64,000 nt of DNA from Malacoraja senta (taxonomy: Eukaryota), in assembly GCA_038087875.1 (NCBI GenBank), contig JAXLNO010000831.1:62001-126000 (forward strand). Direction: 5' to 3'. The notes below the pieces were generated by a model. That model did not search any database, was not told where the DNA came from, and worked only from the letters and a program-made list of their open reading frames with translations. Below are positions 35,469 to 46,287 of the stretch, in pieces (positions within the stretch are counted from its first letter, which is position 1; every line of letters starts with the position of its first letter). Both the position numbers and the translations under genes were made by a program.

Positions 35469-37100
35469 CCTTTTCCTTTTCTCCGGAGATGCTGCCTGAC
35501 CCACTGAGTTACTCCAGTATTTTGTGTCGAGTTTCAATTTAGGCCCTGTTTATCTCAGTCTCCACCACCCCCCCCCCCCCCCCCCCCCATCTCTATGAGC
35601 TGTGTTGCAGCTGCCTATGAGGACCTGGACACAATCCTGATCTCTTACAACCTGGCTTTTTTTTCCCCCTGCAAACGTGTGTTTGCTATGGTTATTCCAG
35701 TTTCCCCGCACGTCCCCAAAATGCCGGGCTGAAAGGTAAATTGGCCAGTGTGAATTGGTCATGCATATGTATTAGAATTGGTGGAGGGGATGAGGGAGGT
35801 GTTAATGGGAGATTGGCAAATATTAAAAGGGTTAGCGTACCACAGGTATAAATAGGTGTTTGATGGTCACCACGAACTTGGTGGGCTAAAGGGCCTTTTA
35901 TGTGCTGTACCCAGTGGACATAAGTTTAAGATGAGGGGGGAATGATTTAATAGGAACCTGAGGCATAGCATTGTTACACAAAGGGTGGTGGGTGTACTGA
36001 ATGAACTGCCGGAGAAGGTAGTTCAGGCGCGTACTATCACGACATTTAAGAATCATTTAATCAGGTACATGGATAGGATAGGCTTATAAGGATATGGGCC
36101 TCAGTCAGCTGTAGAGCCCACATCAATGGATATTTCTCAGGTGGAGATTAACAGATTCTTGATCAGTATGGGTTTCAAGGGTTATGGGGTGCAGGCAGGA
36201 GAATGTGGTTGATAGGGAGAGATAGCTCAGCCATGATTGAATGGCCGATGGGCTGAATGGCCTAATTATTCTCCTAGAACTTATGTACTGATGAAATACA
36301 GGCAGTGTAGATGAGGCATGTTGGTTGGTGTGGCAAGTTGAGCCATAGGCCCTGATTCCCTGCTGTATGACTCTTTGACTTTACCTCTCTATGATTCTAT
36401 AAAGTCTCCTTGACATTGTCCAGTTTCTTAATATAATAAAATATTCTTCAAATTTTGGAATATTGTAACTAGTAGAACCTATCGACATGATAGACAATAA
36501 TAGATCTTTGAAGATGGGAAACAATCCAGTAGGATCATTCAATACCTCGACCATAATTGGTGGAGTAGGTATCAGAGCCCATCATGCCAACTCTTGAAGA
36601 AGGCTCAGTGGTGCAGCGGTAGACTTACTCGATTACAGCACCATAGACCCAGGTTGGATCCTGATTACGGATGCTGTCTGTACGGAGTTTGTCCATTCTC
36701 CCCATTACCGTGTGGGTTTTTCCCGAGATGTTCGGATTCTTCCCACATTCCAAAGACGTATAGGTTTGTAGGTTAATTGGCTTGGTCTAGAATGTAAATT
36801 GTCCCTAGTGTGTGTAGGATAGTGTTATTGTGTGGGGGTTGCTGGTCAGTGTGGACTCGCACGAAGGGCCTGTTTCCATGCTGTATCTCTAAGCTAAAAA
36901 CTAAACTAAAGGCTCCTGACCCAAATTGTCACCTGATCATTGATGCTGCCTGCCCCACTGAGTTCATCCAGCACTTGCATCTGCAGGTCCTTGTGACTCC
37001 CTTATTCAAAGTTATTGTATTGTTATCAGTTTTAGCATTAATAACTTAGTTATTTTCAGTGAATGATACAATCATACTTATTTTTGTTTATGCATTGCAG

Positions 37101-37361
37101 ATTTACACCATCTTGCATTTTACTACCTGTTGAACCATGGATTGAATGAGCTGCCTGAGTACAGTATGGTAGCAATGCTGGATGACGTCCAGATAGCATA
37201 TTTTGACAGCACACTAGAGCGGGCTGTTCCCAGACAGCGATGGATGGCCCAGTCTTTCCCGCAGGATCACTGGGATTCAATGGCCATCACAGTTGCAGGT
37301 TTTCATGGGATTGTCAGAGGAAATGCTGAGATAGTCTACCAACAGCAACATGGTATCTCGA
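37101..37361 (+). CDS. MHC class I alpha1 exon
   Basis: ttgcag| acceptor, A|GTAAGT donor; (D)LHHLAFYY...LPEYSMVAMLDDVQIAYFDS...RAVPRQRWM...DHWD, the class I alpha1 pattern. Confidence 0.92.
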
Positions 37362-37489
37362 GTAAGTGTCGTGAGCGGACCTGGGGTAGAGACCCAGTGA
37401 TGACACAGATGGATTTTGTTTTAGTTTTATTGTTGACACATGATTCTCTGATACACTTTTTTTGCGTTAGTCAATCACATCAAAGAAAA

Positions 37490-38050
37490 CTATTCATAAA
37501 TACAATCAAACCAAACTCGTACAATAGGTAGAGCAAAGAGTGCAGAATGTAGTTCTCAGCATTGTAATGTACCAGTGCCAGAGACAAAGTCCAGTGTCTA
37601 CAATGGGGTTGAGGTGAACCCTAGCATAAGGGAGGACTGTTCAGAAACCTGATAACATAGGGGAGGAAACAGTTACTGAGTCTGGTGGTGCACGCTTTAA
37701 TGCTTACGTACCTTCTGCAGGAAGAAGAAGGAGTGACCAGAACGGGACAAATCTTTGATTATGTTGTCTGCTTTCCTGAACCAGTTGAAATACAGATGGA
37801 TTCACTGGTGGGGAATCATGTTTGTGTGATCGACTGTGCTACATCTCCACCTCTCTGCCATTTCCAGCGGTCTTGGGCAGAACTCTTTCCAAACTAAGTT
37901 GTGATGCAACCTGTCAGTATGCTTTCTATGGCACATTTGTAGAAGTTTGTAAGAGTCATTGGAGATGCCGCATTTCCTTAGTCTCCTGAGGCAGTAGGGG
38001 AACCAGAAACTCTCAACCTTTTTCACTTCAGCACCATTGATGCTGTTTCA
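37490..38050 (-). mobile_element. Rex1/Babar-like LINE 3' fragment in class I intron 2
   Basis: CLRRLRKCGIS-like RT C-terminal remnant in ORF 37802-38026. Confidence 0.6.
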
Positions 38051-38730
38051 GACATTTACTCCATAACATTTTGATAGAGACACGGCCCATCGTCTATATT
38101 TAATGTGTCCTAACTGCTGAACACACAGTCATAACAGTTGGCTGGTGATAGTCTCTTTATGGGTTAAGCATTTGATATTCAACACCAGTAATAAGTGGAT
38201 GGATTGGATCATCTGTTTTGTTGGGCTGGAATGAGGGAGAAACCATTAGTTTATTTATAGCCTGATCATCTAGAGATGGGATCTTGATTTAAGCTGGTTG
38301 ATGGTGACTATGAGGTATTCCCTCAGTAATAATATTGTGTTAATCCAGCATCCCCTCAATATTGGCAACAATCCTCAGAGGGTGTAGCAATCCCACACAG
38401 TGCAACAGCCTTGATGTACTTCCCATCTGCATTGCCTTAACCTTCAGACTGACCTGTTGGCTCTGTAGCATTGCCCATCTGACAATGCACTTCTTCCTCT
38501 GTTCTTTATGTACGACAGTGCAGAATCTGAGTTCCACCCTTCTGACACAGCAGAACTCCTTTAGTGTTACATCCGCAACAGTAAAGCTCCCCCCCCATAA
38601 CACTTGAGGTTAGTCCATGCCCTCAGTATATAAACCATGGGTCATTGAGTCACACATCATGGAAACCGGCCCTTCTGCTCACTGAATCCACATTGATCAT
38701 CCATTGTGCTAAGATGGAGTCACAGCAAAC

Positions 38731-39008
38731 TGCAGATGCTGCCAATCTGAATTTAAAACAAACAGGAGGAACTCAACGAGTCAGGCAGCATGCTGTGGAA
38801 AAATGGACAGAAAACATATGAGACCAGGACCATTTAGAGTGATGGGGTAGAGTGGAGAAAGCTGGAAAAGAAAAGTAGTCTGTGTAGGATAGTGTTAATA
38901 TGCGGGGACCACTGGTCGGTGCGGACTCGGTGGGCCGAAGGGCCTGTTTCCGCGCTGTATCTCTGAGCTAAACCTGCTCCTGTGCTGTACAGCTCCATGT
39001 TGTGTTCT
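38731..39008 (+). repeat. 278-bp direct repeat, left copy, flanking L1
   Basis: Identical by eye to 42962-43239. Confidence 0.95.
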
Positions 39009-42000
39009 TTTTTTTTTTTTTTTTTTTTTTTAATTTTTATTTATTAGAAGTACATTACATCACAGCCACATACATTAATACTCGTCATTTATATCTTCTT
39101 ACAATTAATGTACTCCCTTTATTTTTTTTTTACGCTAAAGAAAGAAAAGATTGAAAGAGAGAAGAAAGTGAAGGAAAAAGTGCAAGTGTAGAAAAGTGTA
39201 GAAAATGTAACAACAAACAAAAAAAAAAAAAGGACGAGGACCCTATGAAAGCGAAATTAAAGACAAAAAAAAAAAGGAGTTAAGAAATAGGCCCTAAGAA
39301 AAGAAAAGAGAGAGAGAAAAAAAGAAAAACAAATGTTTTTTTTTTTTGAGCATCACGTAAATAGGACATACCAACTCTTCAACTATCATCCCCCCTTACC
39401 CGACCTCAATTTTTTATTTTTTTAAAGTACTTTTGCACCCTATGTTTGTAATAATTCTATAAATGCAGACCACGTCAGGTGGAAGTGATCTGGTTTACCT
39501 GCTAGGAGGAGTCTTATCTCTTCAAGGTGTAGTGTTTCAAACATATTTGAAATCCACATATTTATAGTTGGTATTGGAGCCTTCTTCCAAAATTTTAGAA
39601 TTAGCTTTTTTCCAGTTATTAACCCATAATCCATTAATTTCTTTTGAAACACATTTAGTTCTGGATCATCTTCCGTTATTCCGAAGATAATCCATTCTGC
39701 TTTGGGTATCAGTCTTGTTTTAAATAACTTTGTAAAGATTTCAAAAATTTCATTCCAAAATTTTTGAATTTTTGTACAGAAGACAAATGAGTGCGCTATA
39801 GTTGCTTCTTGGGATTGACATTTATCACAAATAGATGATACGTTTGGGAAAATTTTATGAATTTTAGTTTTCGAATAATATAATCTATGTAAAATTTTAA
39901 ATTGTATTAAAGTGTGTCTTACATTAATCGAGCATTTATGTACTTTTAATAAGTATTCATTCCAACTTTCCTTTGAAATTTTAATGGCTAACTCTTGTTC
40001 CCAGTCTCTTCTGATACCCTCCGTAGATGGTATTTGTACATTTAAGATAATATTGTACAAATATGATATTAAGTTTGCTGATTCCGCTTTTGTCTGCATT
40101 GCCTCGTCCAGTACATCTGCTGGGTTATTATGATGATCTTTTATATATTTTTTCAAATAGTCGCATATTTGAAAGTATTTAAAATATTGATTATTTCCGA
40201 GTTTATATTTTATTTGTAATTGTTGAAATGAAAGTAATTTTCCAGTTTCATACAAGTCACCAAGCGTTTTAATTCCTAGTCTATCCCATTGTGTATAAGC
40301 TTTATCTATAATAGAAGGACTAAACGAAGGGTTATTGACTATAGGTAATAAAAGTGATAAGTTTCTTAATTTTAAATTTTGTTTTATTTGTTTCCAAATA
40401 CGGATTGTACTATGAATAATTGGGTTCTTATTATAGTTTATGTTATTCAATTTCATTGGAGAGAGGAGGATCGCTCCAATGTTTCTAGAGGAGCAATCCT
40501 CTTTCTCCATTACAATCCAGTCTACTTGCTGGGCGGAGTTATCCATCAGTTGAATCATGTTTTTAATATTTACTGACCAATAATAATACATAAAATTGGG
40601 TAGTGCTAGACCCCCCAATACTTTAGATTTATTCAGATGGGTTTTTTGTATTCTATGTGATTTATAGTCCCATATAAAATTAGTGATATCTGAGTCGAGT
40701 TTTTTAAAAAACTTCTTAGGTAAGTATATAGGAATTGATTGAAATAGGTATAAAATTTGTGGTAAAAAGATCATTTTTATTGCGTTTATTCGGCCTATTA
40801 AAGACATCGGAAGCGTTTTCCAGAATTTAATTAATGTATTCAGTTTATTAAGTAGGGGGTCAAAATTTGCCCTGAGCATACCTTGATATGCTCTGGTAAT
40901 TTCGATTCCCAAATATTTAAATTTTTCTGTAGCTATTTTAAAAGGGAATTTTAAAAGATGTGTTGAATCTTTCGGTTTTATTGACATAATTTCACTTTTA
41001 TTCCAATTTATTCTATATCCAGAAAAAGATCCGAAGTCTTCAATTAAATTTAATATATTTGGTATAGTGATTTGAGGTTTTGTGATATACAATAATATAT
41101 CATCCGCGTATAAAGATATTTTATTATATGAGTCTTTAGTATTATATCCATGAATATCAGGGTGTATTCTAATTTTTTCTGCTAGCGGTTCAATAATGAG
41201 AGCAAACAGCTGTGGTGATAATGAGCATCCTTGTCTATTTCCCCTTGATAGTTGAAATTTCGAGGATAATATGTTATTAGTAAGTATTCTAGCTGTAGGT
41301 TTGTTATATAGTAACTTAATCCATAAAATAAAATTCTCTCCCAGTTGAAATTTTTGTAATACTTTATCCATATAATTCCATTCTACTTGATCAAATGCTT
41401 TTTCAGCATCCAGCGAAATAATTGATAATTCTTGATCTTCAGATTTGTGTGAGTGCATTATGTTGAGTAGACGTCTCATATTATTAGAAGAGTATCTCTT
41501 AGGGATAAACCCTGTCTGATCTGGGTTTATTAATTTACTAATGTATTTACTTAATCTTCTGGCTAATGTTTTCGCTAATATTTTTTGATCTGTGTTTAAC
41601 AATGCTATAGCTCTATATGAGCCAGGATCTTCTAAATCCTTATTTTTCTTAGGTATTAATGTAATCGTTGATTCCGCTAATGTATCAGGTAGTATTCGTT
41701 TTTTAAAAGCGTATTGGTACATTTTTTGTAATCTTGGTATTATTTTTTCATAAAAGTTTTTATAAAATTCATTAGTAAATCCATCAGGGCCTGGTGTTTT
41801 TCCATTTTTTAGTGAGTTTATTGTATCTTCTAATTCCTTAATTGAGATTTGTGCACCCAGTTCCTCTTGTTCCTTCAGCTCTAACTTTGGAAGATTACAG
41901 GTATCCAAGAACTTTGTGATATTATTGGAATCAATTATCGTTTTAGATGTATACAAATTCTCGTAAAATTGCGCAAATCTTTTATTAATATCCTTCGGTG

Positions 42001-42961
42001 TTGTTAATAATTCCCCTTTATCTGATTTGATCTTTGGTATAGTATGTTCCTTTTCTCGTTTTTTTAGCTGGCGAGCCAAAAGTTTATGCGGTTTATCCCC
42101 AAATTCAAAGTGCTCTTGTTTTGTAATTTGAAAAAGTCTTATAAGTTTGGCAGATAATAATTTATTTAATTTAAATTTTAAAATTATTATTTTATTATGT
42201 TTATCTATTGTTGGATCTTTAGCATTATCTATATCCATTTGTCTAATAAGTTCTTCTAACTGTCTTTGTTCATTCTTATTCTTTTTATTTTGAAAAGCTT
42301 GATATGAAATTATAATACCCCTAATGTATGCTTTAAAAGATTCCCAAAGTAAAGTAGGCGATATATCTGAAGTATCATTTGTTTGAAAAAAGACCTCCAT
42401 TTGTTCTTTTAAATATATACTCGCTTGTGGATCTTTTAAAATTTGAGAGTTAAATCTCCAGAATGAATTATTCTTAGACAATCCTTCCAGTTTTAAAAAG
42501 AAAGTTAGTGGAGAATGGTCTGAAATTGAATTTGTATGATATATTGCATTAGATGTTTGGGGGATTAATTTTGTATCCAGCAGAAAGTAGTCTATACGTG
42601 AGTATGTCTTATGTACCATTGAGTAAAACGAATATTCCCTGCCAGTTGGGTTCACAATTCTCCAAACATCTGCTATATTAGTGTTGTTTATGTAGGTATT
42701 GAGGAGTTCCCCAGTTTTCGATTTCATATTCCCTCTCTGTTTTTGACTTGATTTATCTAAGTACGGGTCTAAAACACAATTAAAGTCTCCGCCTATTATA
42801 ACATTTTGATAGTTTGACTCTGCAATTATATTAAAGATTTTATTGAAAAAGTGGGGGTTATCAAAGTTAGGGGCATATATATTTACCAAAGTAAGTGGAG
42901 TGTCATGGATTTCTCCATTAACTATTAGGTATCTCCCTTCTATATCTGTTATAATATTCTT
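39009..42961 (-). mobile_element. Young L1, 5'-truncated within the endonuclease; uninterrupted ORF2 to the stop at 39440
   Basis: GGDFN, RIDYFL, SDHSP, LDAEKAFD, RQGCSLSP, LYADD and C-terminal Cys/His motif; 3'UTR and poly(A) (poly-T at 39009). Confidence 0.98.
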
Positions 42962-43239
42962 TGCAGATGCTGCCAATCTGAATTTAAAACAAACAGGAGG
43001 AACTCAACGAGTCAGGCAGCATGCTGTGGAAAAATGGACAGAAAACATATGAGACCAGGACCATTTAGAGTGATGGGGTAGAGTGGAGAAAGCTGGAAAA
43101 GAAAAGTAGTCTGTGTAGGATAGTGTTAATATGCGGGGACCACTGGTCGGTGCGGACTCGGTGGGCCGAAGGGCCTGTTTCCGCGCTGTATCTCTGAGCT
43201 AAACCTGCTCCTGTGCTGTACAGCTCCATGTTGTGTTCT
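42962..43239 (+). repeat. 278-bp direct repeat, right copy, flanking L1
   Basis: Identical by eye to 38731-39008. Confidence 0.95.
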
Positions 43240-43340
43240 GTTATGCCTGTTTGTACCATGCTGAGAACTGATTTGTAAATTGCCTCTCCCTTCCATCCAC
43301 TCTCCCCAACACAAATCCTCCACCCCTACCTCAGCCCCAG

Positions 43341-43616
43341 CTGTTTGCTTTGTGCAGGGTTTCTGCGGCTGTGAAGTGGACAGTGACAATTCCACTGATG
43401 GGTTTGTCAGACTGGGTTATGATGGGGAGGATGCCTGTGCTTTTGACAAGGACAGAATGCGCTGGATTGCACTACGTCCAGATTTCCAGATGCTAGCAGA
43501 TCGGTGGAACGTCAACACCTTCATGAACAAGTATTTTAAAGATCTCCTGGAGAAGGACTGTGTGAAGTGGCTGCGGATATATCTGGAGTGTGGACAAGAA
43601 GCACTACAGAGGAGAG
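43341..43616 (+). CDS. MHC class I alpha2 exon
   Basis: ccccag| acceptor gives a 276-nt phase 1-1 exon: VCFVQGFCGCEV...GYDGED..FDKDRMRW...DRW...EKDCVKWLRIYLECGQEALQRR; C101/C164 present; G|GTAC donor. Confidence 0.93.
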
Positions 43617-44820
43617 GTACACGACGTAGGCACTCTGACTGATGGGCCAGAGGATATCCTCTGGATAGATCAGGTGGGAAATATCATGCACGTCAGGCTG
43701 TCACTTGAGTAATTATTTAGTTTAGTTTAGAGATACAGCGCGGAAACCCACCGAGACCGCACCGAGCAGCCATGCCCGCACACTAACACTATCCTACACA
43801 CACTAGGGACAATTTGCATTTATACCAATCCAATTAACCTACAAATTTGTACGTCTTTCGAGTGTGAGGGGAAACCGAAGATCTCGGATAAAACCCACGC
43901 AGGTCACAGGGAGAACGTACAAACTCTGTAAAGACAAGCACCCGTAGTTAGTAACAAACCCAGGTCTCTGGCGCTGTAAGGCAGTAGTTCGACCGCTTCG
44001 CCACCCTGTTCTACAACGTGGGTATCAGTAAATTGTCTGGCAACGTGCCTCTTAGATGGAACCAGTGGGTAGGAAGTGCAAGTGAAAGATAAATATTGTA
44101 CCAGTGTCCTTTATCCACAGTCATATAGATATTCAGGAAATGGAGGAATATGTATCTTGGTCTTATGTTTAGCACCGACCTTGTGGCCTGAAGGGTCTGT
44201 TGCTGAACTGATCAGAAACCCAATCAGATTCTCTATTTGCCTCTATTACTCCTTGGGATGGTGACATTCAATTTCCAACAGTTCTCTATTTGAAGAACTT
44301 CTTCCTCCCATTCCCTCTTGGAATATTTAGTGTTATTATTCAGCAGAGATTCATGAACAGGTAGAAGCAATCATGTCTACAGTATCAATCCCAATGGTGA
44401 GTTATACTCCTCCATTGGGCCTGCATTCCCCTTTCATCTGTGCTGTCAGTTAAAGTCTGGAGCTAAGATAAGGAGCATGTCAGTGATATTAAAGCTAAAT
44501 GTTTTGTTGTTTTGCCAGAAATGCAAAATGAAAAGAGAAAAGGCTGTAAACTTTGTGCAAGATAGAACTGCAGATGCTGGTTTACACTGAAGATAGAAGA
44601 TGTTGGTGTAACTCAGTGGGTCAGATAGCATCTCTGGGCATTCCTTCTCTCCAGAATGCTGCCTGACCTGCTGAGTTATTCCAGCATTTTGGGTCTAGGC
44701 TGAAAACTTAGTTCAGCCAGAGAAAAAACTCTGATTGGGAAAGTGGTGAGTTGCAGTGATCTTACAATTGAAGGCTTTTGTTCATGTCTTCACTGATTCT
44801 GACTCTTCTTACACTTGCAG

Positions 44821-45093
44821 AAACCCCTGAGGTGTTTATTGGGATTAAACGTGATGGGTCGCAATCACTGAGACTCTCCTGCCTTGTCACAGGCTTCTAG
44901 CCACGGGCCATCGATGTAACGTGGCTGAGAGATGGTGAGGGGGTCCATGAGTCTGAATCCAGTGATCTGTTGCCCAATTGGGATGGGACTTACCAGCTGA
45001 AGAATACAATTCAACTGAATAGAGAAGATGTGGCAAAATTCTCCTGTTACATCGAACATGCAACTCTGCTGCAGGGAGTCAATGTTCCACAGG
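44821..45093 (+). CDS. MHC class I alpha3 (Ig C1) exon with in-frame TAG
   Basis: ttgcag| acceptor, G|GTAAGT donor; TPEVF...LSCLVTGF*PRAIDVTWLRDG...LLPNWDGTYQL...FSCYIEH. Confidence 0.93.
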
Positions 45094-46287
45094 GTAAGTG
45101 GCAAGTCAATGAGGCTGATCACTTGAGACCATAAACCTCCTGGACTGAGATAACAGTCTCAACTCACACTCTTAACTAAGCTGTGGATTTAGACTTTAGG
45201 CTTTAGAGATATGCTGCAGATACAGGCCCCTCAGCTCACTGAGTCCTCGCTGAATAGTGATCAACCCATACATTTACACTAACCTACACAGTACGGACAA
45301 TTTACAATTTTACCTAAGCCAAGTAACCTACAAACCTGTATGTCTTTGTAGTGTGGGAGGAAACCCACGCAGTCACAGGGAGAACATACAATGTCCTTGC
45401 AGACAGCACCTGTAGTCAGGATCAAACCCAGGTCTCTGGTGCAGTAAGGCAGCAGCTCTACCGCTACGCCACTGTGCCACCCATTATTAATTTGTGGTTA
45501 TCTAATTGCTCATAATTATTGATAGTCAATGGAATGTGGTTTTAGTTTAAGAGATACAGCGCAGAAACCGGCCCTTCAGCCCACCGAGTCTGCGTCAACC
45601 AGCGATCCCTGCACACTTACATTATCTTACTTATTAGGGGACAATTTACAATTATACCAAGCCAATTAACCTACAAACCTGTATGTCTTTGGACTGAGTG
45701 AGGAAACCGGAGATCCAGGCAAAACCCACGCAAGTCCCGGGGAGAAGGTACAAAACTCTGTACAGACGGGACCCGTAGTCAGAATTGAACCGGGTCTCTG
45801 GCGCTGTAAGGCAGCAGTTCCACCTAGTGGGCAAAGCAGAGCCAAATGGAATACAGTGTAGCAAGTGTCTGGTTTTACATTTTGGCAGTCGGAATAAAGA
45901 CATAGACTATTTTCTAAATGGGGAGAGAATTGAGAAACCTGAGCTACAAAGTGGGAGTACTAGTGCAGGATTCCCAAATAGTTCATTTGCAGATTGAGTC
46001 AGTGGTAAGTAAGGCAAATGCAATGCCAGCATTCATTTCGGGGGGCGTAGAATATAAAAACAATGATATAATGCTGAGGATTTATCGGGCACTGGTGAAG
46101 ACACATTTGGAATATTGTGAGCAGTTTTGGGCTCCATATTAGAAAGGATGTGCTGGCTTTGGAGAGGGTCGAGAGGATGTATGTCCTGGGGATGATTGAT
46201 TTAACGTATGAGGAGTGTTTGAAGTCTCTGTGCCTGTGCTCATGGGATTTAGAAGGATGAGGTGGGAATCTCATTGAAACCTACCAG

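Noticed and set aside
44344-44396. Extra mini-exon between alpha2 and alpha3 (cag|...ATG|GTGAGT)
   Set aside because: Ends in phase 0, incompatible with the phase-1 alpha3 exon.
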